Notes: generated from the sequence alone by a model not told the origin. 34,236 bases of DNA from a bacterium (GCA_043718245.1 JAYSWB010000054.1:1-34236), one strand, 5' to 3'. Shown: positions 18,743 to 26,064, numbered from the stretch's first letter. Program-made: numbers and translations.

Positions 18743-19276
18743 TTATTTATTAGGGAAAATATCATCATCAGTTCCGTATTCTCCATCAGGCCCTAGGCTT
18801 CTTAGGTCATAGCTTGAAGCATCCTTAGAAACTTCATAATGAAATGGCTTCATATAATGATCGCTAGGCCATACTTGGTAACCCGCATCTTTGAGTTCAG
18901 CTAGGGATTGAGGATATTTACCTGTTTTTGTCTTGTAGAGCTCAAGTAAGCCTGCATCTTGTGTAAACAATTGAGCACTCAATTCTTTTTTAGGTTGTTC
19001 AAATGGGCCACCTTTTGCGACAAAACCAAAATAGAATAGAGAGCCATACAGAGATACAGTCACAATTATTCCCAAAATACCTAAGATAATTCCTGCGGTA
19101 GAAAACCCCTTACCAGAATAAAGTCCCTTCTTAATTTTTGACTTTGCCACTATTCCAAAAATTATTGCTAACAAACCAAGCAAAAGCCCTACTAAAGGTA
19201 TGAATGAGGTAATTCCCAATACTAAACTTGCTGTGGCTAATCCTGACTTTGGTAGGTTTGTTGATTGTGGCTCCAT
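18743..19276 (-). CDS. DUF4190 membrane domain fused to a T2SS GspG-like C-terminal domain
   Basis: SGLATASLVLGI...G-x-G-x3-AGIILG, then LELYK...GKYP and YDLRSLGPDGEYGTDDDI; likely start 19276. Confidence 0.78.
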   Translation of the reverse strand: MEPQSTNLPKSGLATASLVLGITSFIPLVGLLLGLLAIIFGIVAKSKIKKGLYSGKGFSTAGIILGILGIIVTVSLYGSLFYFGFVAKGGPFEQPKKELSAQLFTQDAGLLELYKTKTGKYPQSLAELKDAGYQVWPSDHYMKPFHYEVSKDASSYDLRSLGPDGEYGTDDDIFPNK

Positions 19277-19434
19277 TTTGATGGCGTTATTAATATGTTC
19301 AGTAGTATGACACAATATGTAAAAAAATGCATGCTGAGCTAACTACATATGGATTACTGCACTAGTGCACCAGATTTTATTGTTAATTTCCTTTAATTTA
19401 CATATGATAACTATGCACTCATGGTATATAAATC

Positions 19435-19848
19435 TTGAACGCCTCTATGTTAAATCCATCCCAATTTTCACCTCATAAACTTAAAGAAATACAACAAGTT
19501 TTGAATGCTGTTTTGGACCACTTTTCTACTGCTAATGTATCTCAGAAGTTCAATAAAATATCTATATCTAACCTTAATGGAGTGTCCGAAGTGGAGGCTA
19601 CAAATGTCCTCAAGGAAATTAAAGGCGTTAGTGTTTTGAATGAATTTTACAAGAAGAAATTCGCTGGTATAGAGCTTGTATCTCCCAACCCAGAGAAATG
19701 GATTAAGCGAGAGATGGATGAAAATGGACTTGAAAAGACCGATCTCGGTAACTACCTATTTGTAAAAGTAGAAAATCAGGCGGTGCTTGATGAAATTAAA
19801 AACACCCTAAAAGGAGTTGATGAAATTTTAGGAGCCAAGATGATGTGA
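19435..19848 (+). CDS. hypothetical protein (start may be ATG 19447)
   Basis: 137-codon ORF in AT-rich element DNA, no recognisable motif. Confidence 0.6.
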   Translation: MNASMLNPSQFSPHKLKEIQQVLNAVLDHFSTANVSQKFNKISISNLNGVSEVEATNVLKEIKGVSVLNEFYKKKFAGIELVSPNPEKWIKREMDENGLEKTDLGNYLFVKVENQAVLDEIKNTLKGVDEILGAKMM

Positions 19849-20153
19849 TTAAGTCAGTTTGTATAAGTAGGGATGATGGTATTCATCTCAGGAGTAATCC
19901 TATGAAAAGATATGAGGCGACGAAGAAGAGACTCGATCTCATTTTTTGCTTTTCTCAACAGACTTCATGGAGATTAGATGAGTTACAATTGGAAACAGGT
20001 TATTCCTTTGAAGGTGATACAAGTAAAGCAATAAAGAAAATAAATAGTCTTTTCAGAGAAAAAGTTGATCAATTAAATGACCTGATAATTCATACTGATT
20101 CATCAGGGTATAGACTAAACAAAGCTAAATATAATTTTGAATTTTTGGAGTAG
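19845..20153 (+). CDS. hypothetical protein, possible winged-helix DNA-binding domain
   Basis: GTG start overlaps the previous stop, AGGAG upstream; KAIKKINSLFREK...GYRLN resembles a wHTH end. Confidence 0.55.
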   Translation: MIKSVCISRDDGIHLRSNPMKRYEATKKRLDLIFCFSQQTSWRLDELQLETGYSFEGDTSKAIKKINSLFREKVDQLNDLIIHTDSSGYRLNKAKYNFEFLE

Positions 20154-20182
20154 ACCGTTACTAGGTGTTAATAACTCTTGTT

Positions 20183-20207
20183 GAAGTGCTAATTTAAGGC
20201 ACTTTTT
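20183..20207 (+). terminator. probable intrinsic terminator
   Basis: AAGTGCT-aatttaa-GGCACTT then TTT. Confidence 0.5.
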
Positions 20208-20293
20208 GCATATATGTTACCTAGCAAGCACCCAATTACGACCCGACCTATATTTGCGAGAATTGAGTAGTTGCTTATCTTGAACACAACCCA

Positions 20294-20363
20294 ATAAGCC
20301 TATTGCTTACTTGGCAGGTGCCGTAAGGCGTTCAAGAACCTGCCCAGTAAAGAGTAGGTTTAT
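20294..20363 (+). ncRNA. structured candidate antisense RNA (C4/CI-like) upstream of the recombinase operon
   Basis: Nested stems ATAAGCCTAT/GTAGGTTTAT, TTACT/AGTAA, GGCAGGT/ACCTGCC; inner GCC-GTAA-GGC hairpin; unpaired GTTCAAGA complementary to 19433-19440 and 20278-20285. Confidence 0.6.
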
Positions 20364-20390
20364 GTCCAAGATGGACAGCAACAGGCTGTC

Positions 20391-20615
20391 ATGGACTCAC
20401 TACTTAATCCCCAATCACTCATAGAACCACAAAAAGTCCCCTCTGAAGGATGTGTGTCTTTTGAGGAGTTCAAAAATACACTTGGTAAAACTGCCAATGA
20501 TTATTCAGATGATGAAATAGAAAAAATAAGAGTATTATTCGATTGCTTAGCGGAGGTAACTTTTGACAGTTGGCTCAAAAAAGTAAACAGCGGTATTATT
20601 AAAGAATTATCATGA
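20391..20615 (+). CDS. small acidic hypothetical protein translationally coupled to the recombinase
   Basis: 74 aa; stop overlaps the recombinase start (ATGA). Confidence 0.65.
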   Translation: MDSLLNPQSLIEPQKVPSEGCVSFEEFKNTLGKTANDYSDDEIEKIRVLFDCLAEVTFDSWLKKVNSGIIKELS

Positions 20616-22294
20616 TACCAAATGTTTCAAAAAACTGTGTAGTTCAATGTCGAGTAAGCTCTTTAAAACAATCTCAAGAAGGAGAAAGTTTAGAAATGCA
20701 GGAGAAATCAATGAGGGCATTCATAGCTCTGAAAGGCTGGAAAATTGTTCCAAATGATAAGGTGTGGTCAACCGCAATTTCAGGAAGAAAAACTGACCGT
20801 GCAGACTTTGAGAATATTCTTGATTTCATTAAGGCACATCCTGGACTAGTCGATTATTACATTTTTCGATCGATTGATAGGTTTACAAGAGCAGGAAGTG
20901 AAGAATACTCTCGAATGAAGCGTGAACTCTCTAAGTATGGAGTAGAGATGATTGATACTTATGGAGTCATCCAACCAACTAAGAACACATTGGCAGATTT
21001 TAATATGGAGTATGAATGGAGCAAGTATTCTCCTAGTGAGATAGCAGAGATTGTGATGGCGACTCAAGCCAAATCAGAGGTCACTAATATCCTCACACGA
21101 ATGATCGGACAAGAGATAAGTCTGACTCAGCAAGGTTACCGCACTCGAAGACCCGCAGACGGTTATGTAAATGAAAAGATTTATGTAGAAGGAAAGAAGA
21201 AAACTATTCAAGCTTCATGTCCCAACAGATCAAAATTTTATATAGCTATGTTTGAACTGCGTGCTCAAGGGTTAAGTGATCCAGAATGTGTAAGCAGATT
21301 AAATGCAATGGGATATACCTCTCCAATGCAAAACAAATGGAATAAGGATCACACTAAAATCCTTGGAAGAACAGGTGGGGCACCACTCACGGTCAAACAA
21401 TTCCAAAAGATCATGGAAAACACAATCTATGCAGGAGTGGTATGTGAGAAATGGACGCATTACAAGCCGATTAAAGCTCAATACAGCGGTTTAGTTTCGA
21501 TTGAGACATGGAACCAAGCAAATAGAGGCAAATTGGCTCTTATGAAGGATACTGAGGGCGGTCTTGAGTTAGTGAAAAGACAAAGCATCGGTAAATCACG
21601 AGAAAGATATAATCCAGAATTTGCATATAAATTTATAGGATGTCCGCTTTGTGGAAAGAAAATGCTTGGCAGTGCTTCAACTGGTAAAGGTGGAGTTCCT
21701 CGACCTGCATATCACTGTTCTCGTGGTCATGAGCGATATGGCGTAAAGAAATCAGAGTTCGAGGAGTCAGTAAGCAAATATGTTAAGAGCTTGAAATTCA
21801 AACCAGAGCTCATGGATGCTCTCGAGCTTACCTTTATGAAAAAGTATAGACAGCGTGAGAAAGAAATAGTTAAAGCATCAGGCGATATTCATCAAGCAAT
21901 TGCGAACCTTGAACTCGAACAGGCTTCTAAGCTAGAAGTTATTGAGACTACAAGGAGTGCGGTGGTGAGAGAAAAGTTTGAACAGGAAGTTGATGCTCTT
22001 GAAGCAAAAATAAAGGAAGCACGAAAAGAACGATTAAAAATTCAGATCACTAGAGACGATATTAAGTCATTTGTGCAAGAGGCAAAAAACATAATGGAAC
22101 ACCCAGCTGAAATCCTATTACAGCCAAGTAATCCAAGAGCAAAAGAGAAACTATTTGAGTTGTTCTTCGAGAAGATGCCCACCTACTCAGATATAGTTAA
22201 TGGAACACCAAAATTATCCTTGATATTCCAGCTTTCTTCAGACTTCAAACCTACTAACGAAACATTGGTGACCCCACAGAGAATCGAACTCTGA
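20612..22294 (+). CDS. large serine recombinase/integrase
   Basis: Catalytic CRVSS, SG and IDRFTR motifs, recombinase domain, zinc ribbon CPLC...YHCSRGH, coiled coil; last codons overlap tRNA-Glu on the opposite strand. Confidence 0.94.
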   Translation: MIPNVSKNCVVQCRVSSLKQSQEGESLEMQEKSMRAFIALKGWKIVPNDKVWSTAISGRKTDRADFENILDFIKAHPGLVDYYIFRSIDRFTRAGSEEYSRMKRELSKYGVEMIDTYGVIQPTKNTLADFNMEYEWSKYSPSEIAEIVMATQAKSEVTNILTRMIGQEISLTQQGYRTRRPADGYVNEKIYVEGKKKTIQASCPNRSKFYIAMFELRAQGLSDPECVSRLNAMGYTSPMQNKWNKDHTKILGRTGGAPLTVKQFQKIMENTIYAGVVCEKWTHYKPIKAQYSGLVSIETWNQANRGKLALMKDTEGGLELVKRQSIGKSRERYNPEFAYKFIGCPLCGKKMLGSASTGKGGVPRPAYHCSRGHERYGVKKSEFEESVSKYVKSLKFKPELMDALELTFMKKYRQREKEIVKASGDIHQAIANLELEQASKLEVIETTRSAVVREKFEQEVDALEAKIKEARKERLKIQITRDDIKSFVQEAKNIMEHPAEILLQPSNPRAKEKLFELFFEKMPTYSDIVNGTPKLSLIFQLSSDFKPTNETLVTPQRIEL

Positions 22295-22340
22295 TTACTG
22301 CCTTGAAAAGGCAATGTCCTAACCGTTAGACGATGGGGCC
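22266..22340 (-). tRNA. tRNA-Glu (TTC)
   Basis: GGCCCCATCGTCTAACGGTTAGGACATTGCC-TTTTCAA-GGCAGTAATCAGAGTTCGATTCTCTGTGGGGTCACCA folds as a cloverleaf with encoded CCA. Confidence 0.96.
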
Positions 22341-22428
22341 GTATTTGTCCCCAAGAATATAACATTTTTTCGTAAAAAGGCAAAAAATTACCATTTACAC
22401 TTAGTAGTATAAGGTTTACTATTCAGAT

Positions 22429-22908
22429 ATGAAAAACACCACTTTACTTTTCCTTATCAAAAAAACTGACAACAAAATTACTGATATTTGTCTCGCAATG
22501 AAAAAGCGAGGGTTTGGTGCCGGCCGTTGGAACGGGGTTGGTGGTAAGCTTTCAGAAGGTGAAACTATCGAGCAAGCTTTAATTAGAGAAACAAAAGAAG
22601 AGATTGATGTTACGGTTGGACCGATGTGGAAGGTTGCAGAGCTTGCATTTTCTTTTGCAAATAATCCTGACTGGAATCAGTTAGTTCATGTTTATACAAC
22701 AACAGAGTGGCAAGGAGATCCTGTTGAAAGTGAAGAGATGCGACCAGAGTGGTATGCCGTTAAAGACATTCCATTTAAAGACATGTGGCCTGACGATATC
22801 TTTTGGCTTCCAAAAGTCTTGGAAGGGGAATTGGTTAGGGCAGCATTTACTTTCGGTGAAAAAGATGCGATTTTAGATCAGAAAGTTGAAACCGTAGAGA
22901 GTTTATAA
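22429..22908 (+). CDS. 8-oxo-dGTP diphosphatase, MTH1/NUDT1-like Nudix hydrolase
   Basis: KKRGFGAGRWNGVGGK, Nudix box RETKEE, EEMRPEW, MWPDD. Confidence 0.9.
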   Translation: MKNTTLLFLIKKTDNKITDICLAMKKRGFGAGRWNGVGGKLSEGETIEQALIRETKEEIDVTVGPMWKVAELAFSFANNPDWNQLVHVYTTTEWQGDPVESEEMRPEWYAVKDIPFKDMWPDDIFWLPKVLEGELVRAAFTFGEKDAILDQKVETVESL

Positions 22909-22922
22909 TACTATTGTCAGGC

Positions 22923-22996
22923 GGGCGATTAGCTCAGTTGGTAGAGCGCGGGATTGACGTTCTCGAGGTTCGCAGGTTCGACCCCTGCATCGCCCA
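22923..22996 (+). tRNA. tRNA-Val (GAC)
   Basis: GGGCGATTAGCTCAGTTGGTAGAGCG-CGGGA-TTGACGT-TCTCG-AGGTTC-GCAGGTTCGACCCCTGC-ATCGCCCA; CCA not encoded. Confidence 0.95.
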
Positions 22997-23030
22997 CAAG
23001 GTAAGTCTTCAGTGCTGAAATTTGATTGTA

Positions 23031-23061
23031 TAAGAAAAGGGAGCCGCTGGCGGCTCCCTTT
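23031..23061 (-). terminator. intrinsic terminator, possibly bidirectional
   Basis: Perfect 11-bp stem AAAGGGAGCCG/CGGCTCCCTTT with a T-rich tail on the minus strand. Confidence 0.85.
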
Positions 23062-23079
23062 GATGTGGACTACTTCCTT

Positions 23080-23517
23080 TTATTTTTTCTTCTTGGTGCT
23101 TTGTTCTTCGTCGATAAGCGAGGAGGCTTTGTGTACGATTGGTTCGAGTTCACGGATGGTGAAGCCTGAAAAGCAAGTCATGAGGAACCGGAGATCCTCC
23201 ATATTCTTGCATGTTTTGAGCCATTGCCAGATGAAGGATCTCTTGGATTCACCTATGAGATCATTTCGAGCTGTTGCCCACAATATGATAAGTTCCTTAC
23301 TGTCCATGCAGAGCGTGATCCATTTAGCGAGAACTGCTTCCTGTCTTTGGCTACCACGGAAGGCTCGAGTGTATTCAGACTTTGCATCCTTTACACGGGT
23401 CATTGAATCAACATCGGGTTGTGATCTTGGGCTTTTGGCGCCGAAGGCTCGACTGACTTGGATTATGGTTAGTCCGAGAGCTGTTGCAATCTGGTTGTTC
23501 CTTGAGAACGTTTTCAT
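23080..23517 (-). CDS. hypothetical helical protein
   Basis: ATG-started 145-aa ORF with a minus-strand TTGACA-16-TACTAT promoter and a downstream terminator. Confidence 0.65.
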   Translation of the reverse strand: MKTFSRNNQIATALGLTIIQVSRAFGAKSPRSQPDVDSMTRVKDAKSEYTRAFRGSQRQEAVLAKWITLCMDSKELIILWATARNDLIGESKRSFIWQWLKTCKNMEDLRFLMTCFSGFTIRELEPIVHKASSLIDEEQSTKKKK

Positions 23518-23615
23518 TATTAATTTGTGAGTTGCGCAGACCTTTCGACCGGCAGGGTTGTGTGCTGTGGTTCAGATGAATAGTATAGTTCCAGGGATTG
23601 TTGTCAAATATAAAG

Positions 23616-23644
23616 TTGCAAAAATAATTAATTAGACTTACTAT
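23616..23644 (+). promoter_or_regulatory. sigma70 promoter facing a non-coding structured region
   Basis: TTGCAA-17 bp-TACTAT. Confidence 0.7.
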
Positions 23645-23650
23645 TGAATT

Positions 23651-23793
23651 CACGCCAGTCGGCGATATGGAAAGGTGAAGGCGGGCCCGGTGTTGATGAT
23701 TACCCATTGCTGGACATGTCTCTAGACCGGCCCGCCTCACCAGCCTTTTCCTTAGTGACTTCGCTTTACACTTTGTAAAACGAAGTCTTTTTT
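23651..23793 (+). ncRNA. candidate small RNA of unknown family (GC-rich long hairpin plus terminator)
   Basis: GGTGAAGGCGGGCCCGGT/ACCGGCCCGCCTCACC helix, 5' CGCC-agtc-GGCG hairpin, 3' GACTTCG...CGAAGTC-T6; no credible ORF. Confidence 0.55.
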
Positions 23794-23794
23794 A

Positions 23795-24709
23795 TTACGC
23801 GTGCAAATGATTGTAGATATCCTCCAGCGCCTTCACTGCATCACCCGCGGCAATATTATTTTGATGATAAAGTCCGTCGGTACAATCTCCTGCAGCCCAA
23901 ATGCCAGGAGTCTTTGACTCTTGTGTGCGAGGATCAACAACAATCTTTCCAATCGGATCCAATTCAACAATGTCTTTCACAAAATCCGTACTTGGAAGTA
24001 ATCCAATTTCTACGAAGATTCCAGTGACAGGAAGTTCAACAATTTCTTCACCGGTCTTATATGAAAAACTTTTCACAAACTTGTCGCCCTTAACCTCGTA
24101 TGGAATAGCATTTTTAATTGCTTTAACATTCGGTTTGGATAAAACCTTCTCAATTGTTACTTCATCGGCCCTAAAAACATCACTACGATTGACAATGCTT
24201 ACACTCTTACAATACGCTGCCAACTGCGCTGCGCTTTCAAAAGCGGCATTTCCGCCACCCACGACTACCACATCCTGATCAGAAAATAGGGGACCGTCGC
24301 AAGTTGCACAATATGTCAGGCCCTTGTTATCAAATTCCTCTGCACCAGGCACCTCCAATTTTCTACGTTTACTTCCTGTAGTAATTAAAATAGTTTTTGT
24401 TTCAAAAGTTTCGTCTTTTACAGTGACAGAAAAACCTTCTCCACTTTTCGTAATTTTAGAAACCAAAGATCCCTCCTTGATATCAACAACATTCCCCGCA
24501 TATGCTTTTAAATGTTTCTCTAGACTTTTTGATAATTCAGCACCACTGATTTTTATTGTACCAATCCAGTTTTCAATTCCTTCAGAGACGGTACTTTGTC
24601 CTTCGAAGTTTTTGGTAATAAAAAGAGTCTTAAGTTTTTTTCTGCTGGCATAAACACCAGCCGCTACCCCTGCGGGTCCTCCTCCAATAATAGTTAAGTC
24701 ATATGTCAT
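23795..24709 (-). CDS. trxB: thioredoxin reductase (TrxB/AhpF-like)
   Basis: GGGPAG, CATCDG, GGGNAA, AAGD motifs. Confidence 0.93.
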   Translation of the reverse strand: MTYDLTIIGGGPAGVAAGVYASRKKLKTLFITKNFEGQSTVSEGIENWIGTIKISGAELSKSLEKHLKAYAGNVVDIKEGSLVSKITKSGEGFSVTVKDETFETKTILITTGSKRRKLEVPGAEEFDNKGLTYCATCDGPLFSDQDVVVVGGGNAAFESAAQLAAYCKSVSIVNRSDVFRADEVTIEKVLSKPNVKAIKNAIPYEVKGDKFVKSFSYKTGEEIVELPVTGIFVEIGLLPSTDFVKDIVELDPIGKIVVDPRTQESKTPGIWAAGDCTDGLYHQNNIAAGDAVKALEDIYNHLHA

Positions 24710-24735
24710 AGTTTGACCATTCTAACACAAAAAAA

Positions 24736-25905
24736 TTATTTCAACTTTGAACGTCGGAGAAACGCGGGAATAGCATTCCAATCATCATCTTCCTTATCAG
24801 TTTTCTTTTCGTTCTTGACCGCTTCTGTAGAATTTGCAGTCGGCTGGTCGAAAGAAGTAACCGGAATTGAATTAAAAATCTTTCCCCGTTCCTTTTCAGC
24901 AGGGGCTTCAACGGGATTATCAAACAAACTTTTCTTAATTGCCTCAGAGTTAGGGAAGTTTGCTGCGATAACTGTGATTCGGAGTTCATTTTTCTTTAGT
25001 CGTTCATCGCGAACTGTACCGAAAATAATCTTGGCATTAGGGTCAACAGATTCTGTGATAAGTTTTGCAGCCTCTTGGATTTCCCACATTGTAAGGTCTT
25101 CGCCTCCTGCAATTGAGAATAGGACACCCTTCGCTCCATGTATTGAAACATCGAGTAGTGGAGAGCTGATAGCAGCACGAGCGGCCTCTTCAGCACGTTT
25201 TTCACCGCTTGCAAATCCGATACCCATAAGTGCTGACCCGGCATTTTCAAGAACGGCTCGAATGTCTGCAAAGTCAATGTTACCAACAGTTCCTGGCATT
25301 GTAATCAATTCTGATATTCCCTCAACAGCTTGTTTCAACACCTCATCACACATTCCAAAGGCCTGCTTTGCAGTAGTCTCTTTTGAGACTGTTGCCATCA
25401 ATCTATCATTTGGAATAACCACCAATGCGTCTACCGATCGAGCCAGTTCGGCCAATCCTTGTTCTGCAAGTCTCATTCGCTGTTGTCCTTCGAAAGAGAA
25501 AGGTTTTGTTACAACTGCAACAGTAAGTGCGCCCATTTCCTTTGAAATCTTTGCAATGACAGGAGAAGCGCCTGTGCAAGTTCCACCACCAAGTCCACCC
25601 GATACGAAAACCATGTCAGAGTTTTTCAATGCTTCTTGAATTTCTTCTTTAGTTTCTTCCGCTGCCTTTTTACCGACTTCAGGATTCATACCTGCGCCCA
25701 AACCCTTTGTAAGATTTTTTCCAATGTGAATTTTCTTTTTAGAAAGTGCGTGATGTAGGTCTTGTGCGTCCGTGTTAATAGCGAGAAAGTCTACGCCTTT
25801 CACTTTGGAATTGATCATATGGTTGATCGCATTTTTTCCCGAACCGCCGACTCCGACGACTTTGATTCGAGCAAATGTTTCAACTTCTGGTTTGACTTGT
25901 GGCAT
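24736..25905 (-). CDS. ftsZ: cell division protein FtsZ
   Basis: GVGGSG, GGGTCTG tubulin motif, IDFAD, C-terminal IPAFLRR. Confidence 0.99.
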   Translation of the reverse strand: MPQVKPEVETFARIKVVGVGGSGKNAINHMINSKVKGVDFLAINTDAQDLHHALSKKKIHIGKNLTKGLGAGMNPEVGKKAAEETKEEIQEALKNSDMVFVSGGLGGGTCTGASPVIAKISKEMGALTVAVVTKPFSFEGQQRMRLAEQGLAELARSVDALVVIPNDRLMATVSKETTAKQAFGMCDEVLKQAVEGISELITMPGTVGNIDFADIRAVLENAGSALMGIGFASGEKRAEEAARAAISSPLLDVSIHGAKGVLFSIAGGEDLTMWEIQEAAKLITESVDPNAKIIFGTVRDERLKKNELRITVIAANFPNSEAIKKSLFDNPVEAPAEKERGKIFNSIPVTSFDQPTANSTEAVKNEKKTDKEDDDWNAIPAFLRRSKLK

Positions 25906-26064
25906 GTTTTATTGGGGTATAGTTTAAAGGCAGCTTTTTTAAAAGCTTTCTATTCTGGTAATTTAACGATTCGTGATGATCGGTCCTCCTTTCCCGAGGA
26001 ATAATCAAGAACTGCCTATGAGGGTATAATAGCACGTTTTAAGGGGAGGGCAACAGCACGGCAC

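Larger units (their letters stand above)
17487..22271. mobile_element. integrative element (~4.78 kb) in the tRNA-Glu 3' end, encoding a large serine recombinase
   Basis: Flanked by GGTGAgCCCA-N7-TCGAA (17487) and GGTGAcCCCA-N7-TCGAA (22267); recombinase runs into the tRNA; only accessory genes inside. Confidence 0.82.

Noticed and set aside
22301-22308. 6-nt match (CTTGAA) between the candidate RNA's unpaired segment and the tRNA-Glu anticodon region, suggesting RNA-guided targeting
   Set aside because: Too short and about 30 bp from the att core; no evidence for guide function
23012-23530. 172-aa plus-strand ORF
   Set aside because: Runs through a terminator and is antisense to the 145-aa ORF that has a promoter and terminator
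23525-23575. Leader containing CGAAAG...CGCAA, loosely like a c-di-GMP-I riboswitch
   Set aside because: The required P1/P2 helices could not be built
23408-23740. 110-aa minus-strand ORF
   Set aside because: Spans two divergent promoters and the structured RNA candidate; no protein-like motif
24713-25639. 308-aa plus-strand ORF
   Set aside because: Antisense shadow of ftsZ with no independent motifs
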